Shown: piece after piece, positions 6,501 through 13,774 of the stretch
Layout: each line of letters begins with the position of its first letter
Position numbering within the stretch: position 1 is the first letter of the stretch
Origin: Luteococcus sp. OSA5
GTDB taxonomy: Bacteria; Actinomycetota; Actinomycetes; Propionibacteriales; Propionibacteriaceae
Reading direction: 5' to 3'
Assembly: GCF_048595755.1 (NCBI RefSeq)
Contig: NZ_CP184360.1
Coordinates: 1,463,090-1,487,089, forward strand
DNA: 24,000 bases
Position numbers and translations under genes: made by a program
Notes under the pieces: generated by a model
What the model was told of the DNA's origin: nothing
Databases searched by the model: none
What the model saw: only the letters and a program-made list of their open reading frames with translations

Positions 6501-6751
6501 GTCCGGATGACCTGACGAGTGCACTCGAAAACGGACTCAGGGCCCTGGACCCTGCGGGAGCCGGTCCGTCGGCGCCGGCTGACGAGTATGCGCCGGAGGC
6601 GGTGGAGATTGGGCGACGGCTGCCCGAAGCCACTTGCGTCGGCGAGGTGCAGGAGCTGATCCACCACGTGATGGTGAGCTCCTTCTCACCCGTCAACGTG
6701 GGCGGCGCGAGCCAGTATCGGGAGCTGGCCGAGACGCTCTGGAATCGCTGA
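6497..6751 (+). CDS. 84-aa hypothetical protein translationally coupled to the nucleotidyltransferase
   Basis: ATGA start/stop overlap at 6497-6500. GC3 is about 79%, the same as the upstream gene (about 78%). No R-x4-6-H HEPN motif. The pattern LDP...P.DEYAPEAVEI...V.E.I..V is reminiscent, from memory only, of small helical DUF1871-type proteins. Confidence 0.55.
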   Translation: MSPDDLTSALENGLRALDPAGAGPSAPADEYAPEAVEIGRRLPEATCVGEVQELIHHVMVSSFSPVNVGGASQYRELAETLWNR

Positions 6752-6758
6752 TCGGGCG

Positions 6759-7223
6759 TCAGCGGCGCGACGTCCTCCTGCCCAGCATCAACCCGGCGAC
6801 GAGGCTGGCACCCCAGATCACGAACAGCGGATCCCACAGCCAGGCGTGGCCGATCATCGCCATCCGGTCGTAGCCCGGGCCGCCCACCAGGCCGGCCAGC
6901 ACCAGGTTGCAGACGACGGTGTTCACCCCGCCCCACGCGATCAGGATGACGGCGCCCAACCAACAGACCGTCCGTGCCCACCGGCGGTTGAGCAGGCCGA
7001 ATGTGGTCAGGGCGACGGGGAAGAGTGCGAAGCCCGCCTTGACCAGGGCGACGGGGATCAGGAGCCAGCGTCGGCCCTCGAAGGCCTGGACCAGTTCGGT
7101 GCCGATGGTGCTGAGTAGCCAGTTCCCGCCGAGTGCCCAGTAGAGGCTCAATCCGGCGTGGACAAGCCCCGCGAGGGCGGCGATGATCAGGAGCGGGTGG
7201 ATGCGGCGGGGTGTCGTCTGCAC
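6759..7223 (-). CDS. DUF3995-like integral membrane protein
   Basis: 154 aa, GTG start at 7223, about 4 TM helices. N-terminal HAGLSLYWALGGNW matches the H.YWA.GG.W motif I associate with DUF3995. Confidence 0.65.
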   Translation of the reverse strand: MQTTPRRIHPLLIIAALAGLVHAGLSLYWALGGNWLLSTIGTELVQAFEGRRWLLIPVALVKAGFALFPVALTTFGLLNRRWARTVCWLGAVILIAWGGVNTVVCNLVLAGLVGGPGYDRMAMIGHAWLWDPLFVIWGASLVAGLMLGRRTSRR

Positions 7224-7297
7224 CGCTCCAGTCTTCTTGTGGGGCTGGCCGAGCGCATCAGGGGAACCACCCGGATGGCCCCGATGAAGGAGCAGAA

Positions 7298-7828
7298 GTG
7301 GTCAACAGCCAGACCTTGAGCGAAGCGGACCGGCGGCTGCTGGCCTTGTGGGCGGCCGATTGCGCTTCGCGCGTCGTGTCGCTCGTCGACGGTGACGCGG
7401 AGTGCCTCGACACCATCACCGACGCCGTGGAGCGCGCCCGAGCCTTCGGAAATGGTGAGAGCACCGCCGCGGCCGAGATCAAGCTGCGGATGCGGGCGGT
7501 GAAGGCAGCGGGCAAGGCCGATTCCCCGGCCGGTGCAGCTGCCGCTCGGTCCGTCGCCCAAGCGGCAGCGGTGGCGCACATGGGCGCCCATGCGTTGGGA
7601 GCCGCCGCTTACGCCGCGAAAGCGGTGTCGCTGAGCCGCGGTGTGGATGCCGTTGATGACGAGATAGCCTGGCAGATCTCCCACCTGAGCTCCGACCAGC
7701 GTCGGGCGCTGGCGCAACTGCCCGAAGTTGGCTGTGACGAGCCGGGGCCGCTGGGGTCGGGCCTGCTGAGCCGCGGCTTCCTCGGCGAAGCGGTGCGATG
7801 CCTCCAGGGGGCAGTCGCGGGGGAGTGA
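7298..7828 (+). CDS. Imm5-like putative immunity protein (family often mis-annotated as 'exonuclease SbcC')
   Basis: Start chosen at GTG 7298, preceded by GAAGGAG (7286-7292), which avoids overlap with the divergent gene. All-alpha, Ala-rich. LLALWAADCASRVVSL ... AVERARAFGNGE ... AAARSVAQAAAVAHMGAHALGAAAYAAKAV ... EIAWQ matches the recalled pattern of the Imm5-like family. Confidence 0.65.
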   Translation: MVNSQTLSEADRRLLALWAADCASRVVSLVDGDAECLDTITDAVERARAFGNGESTAAAEIKLRMRAVKAAGKADSPAGAAAARSVAQAAAVAHMGAHALGAAAYAAKAVSLSRGVDAVDDEIAWQISHLSSDQRRALAQLPEVGCDEPGPLGSGLLSRGFLGEAVRCLQGAVAGE

Positions 7829-7987
7829 CACTCCCGCGAGCGCTTGGCTCGACGGGCGGCCTGGGCTCGTCTGGCTGGTGCCATCATGCCCGCCCTGCGT
7901 CGCGACGGGGAATGTGGTCTATTTGGGGTGTTCGCTGGCTCGTGGCAGACGGCGCCCCCCGGTCCCTTCCGGAGAGGGTAGACGCCA

Positions 7988-9781
7988 GTGCCGAGCTGGG
8001 TGGCCATCTTCCGAGAAAGAACCTCATTGTCGCTCACCACACATTTCGCATCGCTTCTACCGAATCGTGACGATGTCACAGAGGTGCGCCAGCACTGGAA
8101 GGGCGACATTCTGGCCGGCATCACCACCGGCATCGTGGCTCTGCCCCTCGCCCTGGCCTTCGGTGTTGCTTCCGGCATCGGCGCAACCGCAGGTCTGATC
8201 ACCGCGATCGTCGCCGGAATTGCCGCCGCAATCTTCGGCGGCTCCCGATTCCAGGTTTCCGGCCCCACCGGGGCGATGGTCGTGATCCTCGCGCCTCTCG
8301 TTGCCCAGCACGGCCTCGCCGTCATCCCGCTGTTGTCGATTCTCGCGGGCCTCATCCTGGTCGCCGGTGCTCTTGCCGGAGTTGGTCGGGCAGTCTCGCT
8401 CATTCCTTGGCCCGTCATCGAGGGCTTCACTGCCGGCATCGGTTTGATCCTGATCCTGCAGCAGATTCCGAACGCTCTCGGTGTGGAAGCTGAGGTGGGA
8501 GCCAACACCCTTGCCGCCGGCATTGACGCGATCGTCCAGGCTGACTACCCGAGTGCCCTCATCCCACTGGGAGTCGCCCTTGGCACCGCACTTCTCATCG
8601 TCGTCTTCGACAAGATTTCACCCCAGTTCCCCGGCACTCTTGCCGCCATCGTCATCGCCACTCTCGGCGTCATGGCCGCGAAATTCCAGATTGCAAACAT
8701 CGGCGAGATCCCGGACTCGCTCCCCGCTCCGACTCTGCCCGCCTTCAGCACCGACCTGCTCATGGCACTCGTGCCTGGCGCCATTTCCATCGCACTTCTC
8801 GCCGGTATCGAGTCCCTCCTCTCGGCGCGAGTGGCAGCCGGCATGGTCCGCGGAGGTACCTACCACCCCGACCGTGAACTCTTCGGTCAAGGCATCGCCA
8901 ACGCCGCTTCCGGAATGTTCGGCGGCATGCCCGCGACGGGCGCCATCGTGCGCACGGCCGTCAACATCCGTGCCGGCGGACGCTCCCGCCTTTCTCCGAT
9001 CGTGCACGCGCTGCTGCTCATGCTCATCGTCTACGCGGCATCCGACGTCGTTTCGGTCATCCCGATGGCCGCCCTCGCCGGGGTCCTCTTCGTCACCGCT
9101 GGCCGCATGATTCCCTGGGAGGCGATGAGTCAGATTCTGCGCTCGACGCGCGCGGATGCCCTGATCTTCATCCTGGCTGCGATCGTCACGGTGGTCTTCG
9201 ACCTCATCTGGGCGATTCTGCTGGGTGTGGTCATCGCAGTCATCGTCATGATGCGCCACTTCGCCCGCCTGTCCGGCATTCATCGCGAAGGTCCCGTGGA
9301 GGATCCCCGCATTCGCATTCTGCGGATCGACGGCGCGATGTTCTTCGGGGTTGCCGACCGCATCAGCCACGAAATCACCCGCCTCGATGCCGTTCGTGTT
9401 GTGATCCTGCGCCTGTCACGCGTGGGCATCATGGATGCCACGGGTGCGAAGGTTCTCTCCGAAATCGTCACCGCCCTGCGGCAGGCCGACAACCACGTCC
9501 TGCTCGTCGGCCTGCGCGAGCAGCACGAGGCACTGACCAACGTGCTCGGACTTCCGCAGGCGATGGACGCGCCTGATCGATTCTTCGACTCGATGGACGA
9601 GGCTCTGGTTGCGGCCGAGCAGATCGTTGCCGAAGACGAGCGTGAGCTCGAGGAAGAGCTCCGGCGACAGGCGCTCGCCGAGGCCTCTGGGGCGCCTGAT
9701 GCCACCGTCTCGACTTCCGCGTCTGGAAAGTTCGGAAGTCAGCTTGCTGCACGGGTCAACAGGATGCGTGGGCGCGGCTAG
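7988..9781 (+). CDS. SulP-family anion transporter with C-terminal STAS domain and an acidic coiled tail
   Basis: GDILAGITTGIVALPLALAFGVASG ... FGGSRFQVSGPTGAMVV are typical SulP motifs. The STAS-like part is ILRIDGAMFFGVADRI ... VILRLSRVGIMDATGAKVL. GTG 7988 has GGAGAGGG 9 nt upstream. Alternative starts at 8000 or 8027. GC3 is only about 74%, versus about 96% in the neighbouring cycA. Confidence 0.85.
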   Translation: MPSWVAIFRERTSLSLTTHFASLLPNRDDVTEVRQHWKGDILAGITTGIVALPLALAFGVASGIGATAGLITAIVAGIAAAIFGGSRFQVSGPTGAMVVILAPLVAQHGLAVIPLLSILAGLILVAGALAGVGRAVSLIPWPVIEGFTAGIGLILILQQIPNALGVEAEVGANTLAAGIDAIVQADYPSALIPLGVALGTALLIVVFDKISPQFPGTLAAIVIATLGVMAAKFQIANIGEIPDSLPAPTLPAFSTDLLMALVPGAISIALLAGIESLLSARVAAGMVRGGTYHPDRELFGQGIANAASGMFGGMPATGAIVRTAVNIRAGGRSRLSPIVHALLLMLIVYAASDVVSVIPMAALAGVLFVTAGRMIPWEAMSQILRSTRADALIFILAAIVTVVFDLIWAILLGVVIAVIVMMRHFARLSGIHREGPVEDPRIRILRIDGAMFFGVADRISHEITRLDAVRVVILRLSRVGIMDATGAKVLSEIVTALRQADNHVLLVGLREQHEALTNVLGLPQAMDAPDRFFDSMDEALVAAEQIVAEDERELEEELRRQALAEASGAPDATVSTSASGKFGSQLAARVNRMRGRG

Positions 9782-9810
9782 TTGACTCTTGTCACGACGC
9801 TGTGGACGCG

Positions 9811-9848
9811 AAACGCCCTCGGGAGCCAGAAGCTCGCCGAGGGCGTTT
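9811..9848. terminator. Bidirectional intrinsic-terminator-like hairpin between SulP and tRNA-Ser
   Basis: AAACGCCCTCGG-GAGC / GCTC-g-CCGAGGGCGTTT, a stem of about 16 bp with one bulge and a CAGAA loop. It is followed by TTTTC on the plus strand (after the SulP stop at 9781) and TTTCG on the minus strand (after the tRNA 3' end at 9864). Confidence 0.6.
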
Positions 9849-9863
9849 TCCCCTTGTCAGGGA

Positions 9864-9951
9864 TGGCGGAGGATACGGGATTTGAACCCGTGAGGGCGTG
9901 AACCCAACCCGCTTTCCAAGCGAGCGCCATAGGCCTCTAGGCGAATCCTCC
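9864..9951 (-). tRNA. tRNA-Ser (anticodon GGA), long variable arm, CCA encoded
   Basis: The reverse complement GGAGGATTCGCCTAGAGGCCTATGGCGCTCGCTTGGAAAGCGGGTTGGGTTCACGCCCTCACGGGTTCAAATCCCGTATCCTCCGCCA folds by hand as follows. Acceptor GGAGGAT/ATCCTCC. Anticodon stem CTCGC/GCGGG with loop TTGGAAA. T-arm ACGGG-TTCAAAT-CCCGT. Long extra arm, discriminator G, then CCA. Confidence 0.92.
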
Positions 9952-10006
9952 GTGGGAGAGCGTACACGTTGGGTTCACCTCGCCGCCAATCGGCGGTCTG
10001 TTGTGG

Positions 10007-11437
10007 CTAGCTGTCGTGGATGATCTCGGCGTACAGGGTGCCTGGGGTGACCTCGTCGGCGTCGGGCGCGACGTGCTTGCGTCCGAAGAACCACGCCACG
10101 CCCAGGACCATGAACCACACCGGGGTGACCAGCAGGGCCTGCAGGGTGTCCTTCTCCTGGGTGAGCACCGCCAGGATGAACACGAAGAAGACCAGCACCA
10201 CCTGCGGCATGAAGCGGGCCCCTGGCATCTTGAAGACGCTGTTGGCGTGCGCCTCGGGGTAGCGCTTCAGGTAGGTCATGTAGCTGAGCAGGATCAAGGT
10301 CCACACGAAGATGAACAGCACCGCGGAGATCGTCGTGACGATGGTGAAGGCGCCCATGATCGAGTCGTTGAGCATCAGCAGGATCGCGGTGAGGATCAGC
10401 GTCACCGAGACCACCAACCCTGCCACCGGAACCCCGTTGCCGGAGAGCTTGCCGAAGCGCTTGGGTGACATGCCGCGCTGGGCCAGCCCGTAGAGCATCC
10501 GTGAGGTGGAGTAGATGCCCGAATTGCAGGAGCTGGACGCCGAGGTCAGCACGACGAAGTTCATCACCGATGCGGCCGCGGCCAGACCCACCAGGCCGAA
10601 CAGGTTCACGAATGGTGACATGGTGGGGTCCACCTCGTCCCAGGGCGTGACGCACATGATCGCGGCCAGGGCGAGCACGTAGAAGACGACCACTCGCACC
10701 GGGATCGAGTTGATCGCCTTGGGCAAGGTCTTGACCGGGTCCTTGGTCTCCGCAGAGGTGGTGCCCACCAGCTCGATGCCGACGAAGGCGAAGACCGCAA
10801 TCTGGAAGGCCGCCAGGAAGCCCTTGAGGCCGGTGGGGAAGAAGCCGCCGTGGCTCCACAGGTTCGACAGTTGCGCCACCTGCCCACCGGGCGAGGTGAA
10901 GCGAGTGACGAGCATGAAGCCGGCGGCCAGGATCAGCACCACGATCGCGATCACCTTGATCAGGGCGAACCAGAACTCCAGCTCACCGAAGAGCCGCACG
11001 GTGAGCAGGTTGAGCCCCAGCAGCGCCAACATGACCGCCGCGGCCAGCGCCACCGACAGCGGCATGTCGTGCACCCAGTAGTCCCAGTAGCCGCTGATCG
11101 CCACCACGTCGGCCATGCCGGTCACCACCCAGCACATCCAGTAGGTCCAGCCGGAGAAGAAGCCGGCCCAGGGCCCGAGCATGTCGGTGCTGAAGTCCTG
11201 GAAGCTCTTGTAGTCCAGGTTGTGCAGCAGCAATTCGCCCATCGCGCGCATGACGAAGAAGAGCATCACGCCGATGATGGTGTACACCAGCAGCAGCGAC
11301 GGCCCCGCGACGTGGACCGTCTTGCCGGAGCCCATGAACAGGCCCGTGCCGATGGCACCGCCGATGACGATCAGTTGGATGTGTCGATTGCTCAGGCTGC
11401 GCTGCAGGCCCTCGCTGTGCTCGGTGGTCTGGGTCAT
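10007..11437 (-). CDS. cycA: D-serine/D-alanine/glycine:H+ symporter (APC amino-acid permease)
   Basis: 476 aa, ATG at 11437 with GAAGGAAG SD. LSNRHIQLIVIGGAIGTGLFMGSGKTVHVAGPSLLLVYTIIGVMLFFVMRAMGELLLHNLDYKSFQDFSTDMLGPWAGFFSGWTYWMCWVVTGMADVVAI is near-colinear with the recalled E. coli CycA (LTNRHIQLIAIGGAIGTGLFMGSGKTISLAGPSIIFVYMIIGFMLFFVMRAMGELLLSNLEYKSF...). Similarity continues through FQIAVFAFVGIELVGTTSAETKDP. Confidence 0.9.
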   Translation of the reverse strand: MTQTTEHSEGLQRSLSNRHIQLIVIGGAIGTGLFMGSGKTVHVAGPSLLLVYTIIGVMLFFVMRAMGELLLHNLDYKSFQDFSTDMLGPWAGFFSGWTYWMCWVVTGMADVVAISGYWDYWVHDMPLSVALAAAVMLALLGLNLLTVRLFGELEFWFALIKVIAIVVLILAAGFMLVTRFTSPGGQVAQLSNLWSHGGFFPTGLKGFLAAFQIAVFAFVGIELVGTTSAETKDPVKTLPKAINSIPVRVVVFYVLALAAIMCVTPWDEVDPTMSPFVNLFGLVGLAAAASVMNFVVLTSASSSCNSGIYSTSRMLYGLAQRGMSPKRFGKLSGNGVPVAGLVVSVTLILTAILLMLNDSIMGAFTIVTTISAVLFIFVWTLILLSYMTYLKRYPEAHANSVFKMPGARFMPQVVLVFFVFILAVLTQEKDTLQALLVTPVWFMVLGVAWFFGRKHVAPDADEVTPGTLYAEIIHDS

Positions 11438-11619
11438 GACTTCCTTCTGCCCCTGGGAATCACGGTGGCCATGGCCAGCCGCTCGTCAAGCACATGCGTG
11501 GGTGACGCAGGCACGCTACTCCTGCCGGCAGCTGCCCGGAAGGCATCCGGAAATGTGGACGACGCGGCGTCGGGAGAGCCGGATTCGTGCTCGGAGGCAG
11601 ACGGGCGGTAAGCTACTCC

Positions 11620-11715
11620 GCAAGGTCCCCGCGCGGCGGTACCTCGCCCAACTCCCCCAGGGTCGAAAGGCAGCAAGGGTAAGTGAGCTCTTCCGGGTGC
11701 GCGGGGGCCCCTTTG
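11620..11715 (+). ncRNA. ffs: Signal recognition particle RNA (small bacterial 4.5S type)
   Basis: Contains the conserved domain IV core AACTCCCCCAGGGTC-GAAA-GGCAGCAAGGGTAAG (GNRA tetraloop and symmetric-loop nucleotides). A long hairpin closes with CTCGC/GTGAG, CGG/CCG, CCCCGCGC/GCGCGGGG and AAGG/CCTT. A -10-like TAAGCT (11609-11614) lies 6-7 nt before the predicted 5' end. A T-rich stretch follows the 3' end. Ends are approximate, within about 5 nt. Confidence 0.85.
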
Positions 11716-11779
11716 TGTCTCCAAGCGCGTGTGTGTCTCGAGGCGCGTGCCGTCGCGCGCCTGCCCTCGGAGCCAGGGG

Positions 11780-12151
11780 TCAGCGACGCCCCGGTTCGCG
11801 GCCGATGAGTCGCTCAATCTCGCGCCGATCCTTCTTGGTGGGACGCCCGGCACCCCGGTCGCGTCGCGCCACCGGCCCCGCCAGCAGGTATTCCGGCTTG
11901 GGCGGCGACTGGTCGATGTAGCAGGTCCGCGCCACCGGGGCCCCGACACGCTTGGCGATGGTCTGGGTCACCTCATACTTGCGCTCCCAGCCGGGTTCCT
12001 TGACCGTCACCACATCACCGGGCACCACCGAATGCGCCGGCTTCACCGGGCTGCCATTGAGGCGGACATGCCCACCGCTGACGGCCTTGTTGGCGGCGGA
12101 GCGGGTCTTGAACAGCCGCACCGACCACAGCCACACGTCGAGTCGGGTCAT
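11780..12151 (-). CDS. hslR: S4-domain RNA-binding protein, Hsp15 (ribosome-associated heat-shock protein) homologue
   Basis: MTRLDVWLWSVRLFKTRSAANKAVSGGHVRLNGSPVKP and the C-terminal RPTKKDRREIERL parallel the recalled E. coli HslR (RLDKWLWAARFYKTRALA ... RPDKKERRDLLRF). ATG at 12151, with an in-frame GTG at 12157 also possible. Confidence 0.8.
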   Translation of the reverse strand: MTRLDVWLWSVRLFKTRSAANKAVSGGHVRLNGSPVKPAHSVVPGDVVTVKEPGWERKYEVTQTIAKRVGAPVARTCYIDQSPPKPEYLLAGPVARRDRGAGRPTKKDRREIERLIGREPGRR

Positions 12152-12202
12152 GCCCACAGACCCTAGCGCTGCCAGCCGCCGCGGCCGAGCAATCCCTTGG
12201 CG

Positions 12203-13774
12203 TCAGCCGCGCAGCAGGTCTCGACGCCGATGCAGCAGGATGGCAACGCCCAGGGCGCACGCCGTGGTCACGGCGATGGCCGCGGTGGCGACACGATCAC
12301 CCGCTTCCAGTGGCACTTGGCCAATGAGTTGCAGCAGCGACAGGTCCTTGGCCCACTGCGGCAGACGCAAGGGTTCGCCCAGGATTCCCACCACCAGCGC
12401 CCATCCCAGCGGCAACCAGGCGAGCCAGCGCAACCGCGGCGCGAGGCCGACGAAGACCGCACCGATCCCCACCAACGCCAGGCAGGGCACGAGATTCCAC
12501 GCCCCGGCGCGAAGGGCCCGCTCGAAGGCGTCGCGCTGGTCCAGCACGCTCCACTGCACCAGTCCGAGCACGGCAGCCGAGGCCAGAGTGATGACCAGGG
12601 TGCTCACCAGGGCCAACCCGGTGAAGGCCGCCCACCAACGCACACGTCCCTGCGTCGCGGACAGCAGGAGGCCATAGCGGCCGGATTCCTCCTCCTGACC
12701 CAAGCGCATCACCACTGTCAGCCCTGCTGCCGAGGCCATCGTGTTGGTCAACAGCAGCGCCATGATCGTGCCCAGCGACGATGCCTGCTCACCGAAGGCC
12801 TCGGCCAGGCTCGGGTTCGCGCGCATCACGTCGACGAATTCCTGCTGCATGGCACCGATCGCCGCAGCCCACACCACGGCGCCCAAGCCCCAGGCGAGGA
12901 TGCCGCCGCGGCCCAGCCGCCATGCCAAGCCAAGCGGCCCCCGCAACCATGGCGAGGCGGTGGGGCGGCCCAGCTTCACCGGCAAGACACCGGAACCCAG
13001 ATCGCGACGCAGGGCCAGGCCGACCCCGATCGTCGTGGCCAACAGGGCCGACGCGCCAAAGGCGGCCAGGGGCCACCAGACCCACTCGCCCCAGGGGCGT
13101 GACTCCGCAATCCATCCCAGCGGTGAGAGCCAGACCTGGTCCAACTGCCGCCCGTCGACGACCGCGCGCATGGTGAAGGTGGCCAGCGTTAGGGCGATTC
13201 CGCTTGTGAGGGCGGTGCGGGCGGTGGAGGCCAGCTGTGCCAGCACCAGTCCCACCGCGGAGGCCGACATTCCACAGGCGGTCAGGATTGCGGAGTAGCG
13301 GATGCTTCCCGCGGTGGGAAGGCCGACTGTCACCAGCCCTGCGGTCGTGAGGGCGGCGAACATCAGCCACGCGAGGGTGACGGTCACACTGGCGGCCAGC
13401 GGCACGGTGGCGCGGGAGATCCGCCCCGCGGTGACCAGTTCCATGATTCCGGTGTCCTCCAGGTGCCGCGTCAGTCGGATCGGCAGCAGCAGGCCGATCA
13501 CGGGCAGCGCCAACTGCCCCATGAAACCCACCTCATAGGCGACGATTCCGCCGAGGGTCTCCAGATCGTGGCCCCGTCCGTTGAAGGTCGCAGCCGCGGG
13601 GGAGGAGCCCATCGTCTGCTGGTAGGTCAGGCGCTGTTCCGCGGTGGGGTACAGCTCCGCGATTCCGGCGGCGGTGGCGGTGACGACGACGGCCAGCAGC
13701 GCCGGGGTCAGCAGCAGGAGTCCGCGGTGGGTGCGCCACTGCAAGGCCATGACGCGGCCGAGTCCGGTGGTCAT
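12203..13774 (-). CDS. ABC-2 type exporter permease (12-TM, 'putative exporter of polyketide antibiotics' COG3559-like)
   Basis: 523 aa and highly hydrophobic, with two sets of about 6 TM helices. The ATGA overlap (13771-13774) with the upstream ATPase gene indicates an operon. Confidence 0.8.
   Translation of the reverse strand: MTTGLGRVMALQWRTHRGLLLLTPALLAVVVTATAAGIAELYPTAEQRLTYQQTMGSSPAAATFNGRGHDLETLGGIVAYEVGFMGQLALPVIGLLLPIRLTRHLEDTGIMELVTAGRISRATVPLAASVTVTLAWLMFAALTTAGLVTVGLPTAGSIRYSAILTACGMSASAVGLVLAQLASTARTALTSGIALTLATFTMRAVVDGRQLDQVWLSPLGWIAESRPWGEWVWWPLAAFGASALLATTIGVGLALRRDLGSGVLPVKLGRPTASPWLRGPLGLAWRLGRGGILAWGLGAVVWAAAIGAMQQEFVDVMRANPSLAEAFGEQASSLGTIMALLLTNTMASAAGLTVVMRLGQEEESGRYGLLLSATQGRVRWWAAFTGLALVSTLVITLASAAVLGLVQWSVLDQRDAFERALRAGAWNLVPCLALVGIGAVFVGLAPRLRWLAWLPLGWALVVGILGEPLRLPQWAKDLSLLQLIGQVPLEAGDRVATAAIAVTTACALGVAILLHRRRDLLRG

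Noticed and set aside
5367-6524. 385-aa minus-strand ORF, plus the plus-strand ORFs 4708-5226 and 4787-5812
   Set aside because: They are off-frame or antisense overlaps of the MerR regulator, the nucleotidyltransferase and P3. They are Arg/Pro/His-rich with no domain signatures.
7211-7297. First 29 codons of track ORF 7211..7828, and first 31 codons of 6003..6500
   Set aside because: Both overlap the starts of divergent, better-supported genes. Downstream in-frame starts (GTG 7298 with GAAGGAG, and ATG 6096) fit better.
7609-8523. 304-aa minus-strand ORF
   Set aside because: It is antisense to the Imm5-like gene and the SulP 5' region. Low-complexity Ala/Arg/Pro/Ser content.
5000-9863. Direct repeat of the tRNA-Ser 3' end (att site) that would delimit an island
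   Set aside because: I could not find a second copy of GGATACGGGATTTGAACCC, or a substantial part of it, by eye. The island idea therefore rests only on composition and gene content.
10001-11611. Plus-strand ORFs antisense to cycA (10001-10468, 10710-11081, 10850-11611, and others)
   Set aside because: They are shadow frames of a gene with near-colinear similarity to E. coli CycA.
11438-11617. Possible glycine riboswitch in the cycA 5' leader
   Set aside because: cycA-type genes are sometimes glycine-riboswitch controlled. However, the minus strand lacks the conserved GGAGAG ... CCGAAGG(A/G)GCAA ... CTCTGGAGA core. The superficially similar GGGAGAGCC...CTCGGAGGCAGA is on the wrong (plus) strand and lacks GCAA. 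An Infernal scan (RF00504) would settle it.
11514-11619. Two copies of GCTACTCC (11514-11521 and 11612-11619) upstream of ffs
   Set aside because: An 8-mer repeated once within 100 bp is easily chance. The second copy overlaps the proposed ffs -10 and TSS region.
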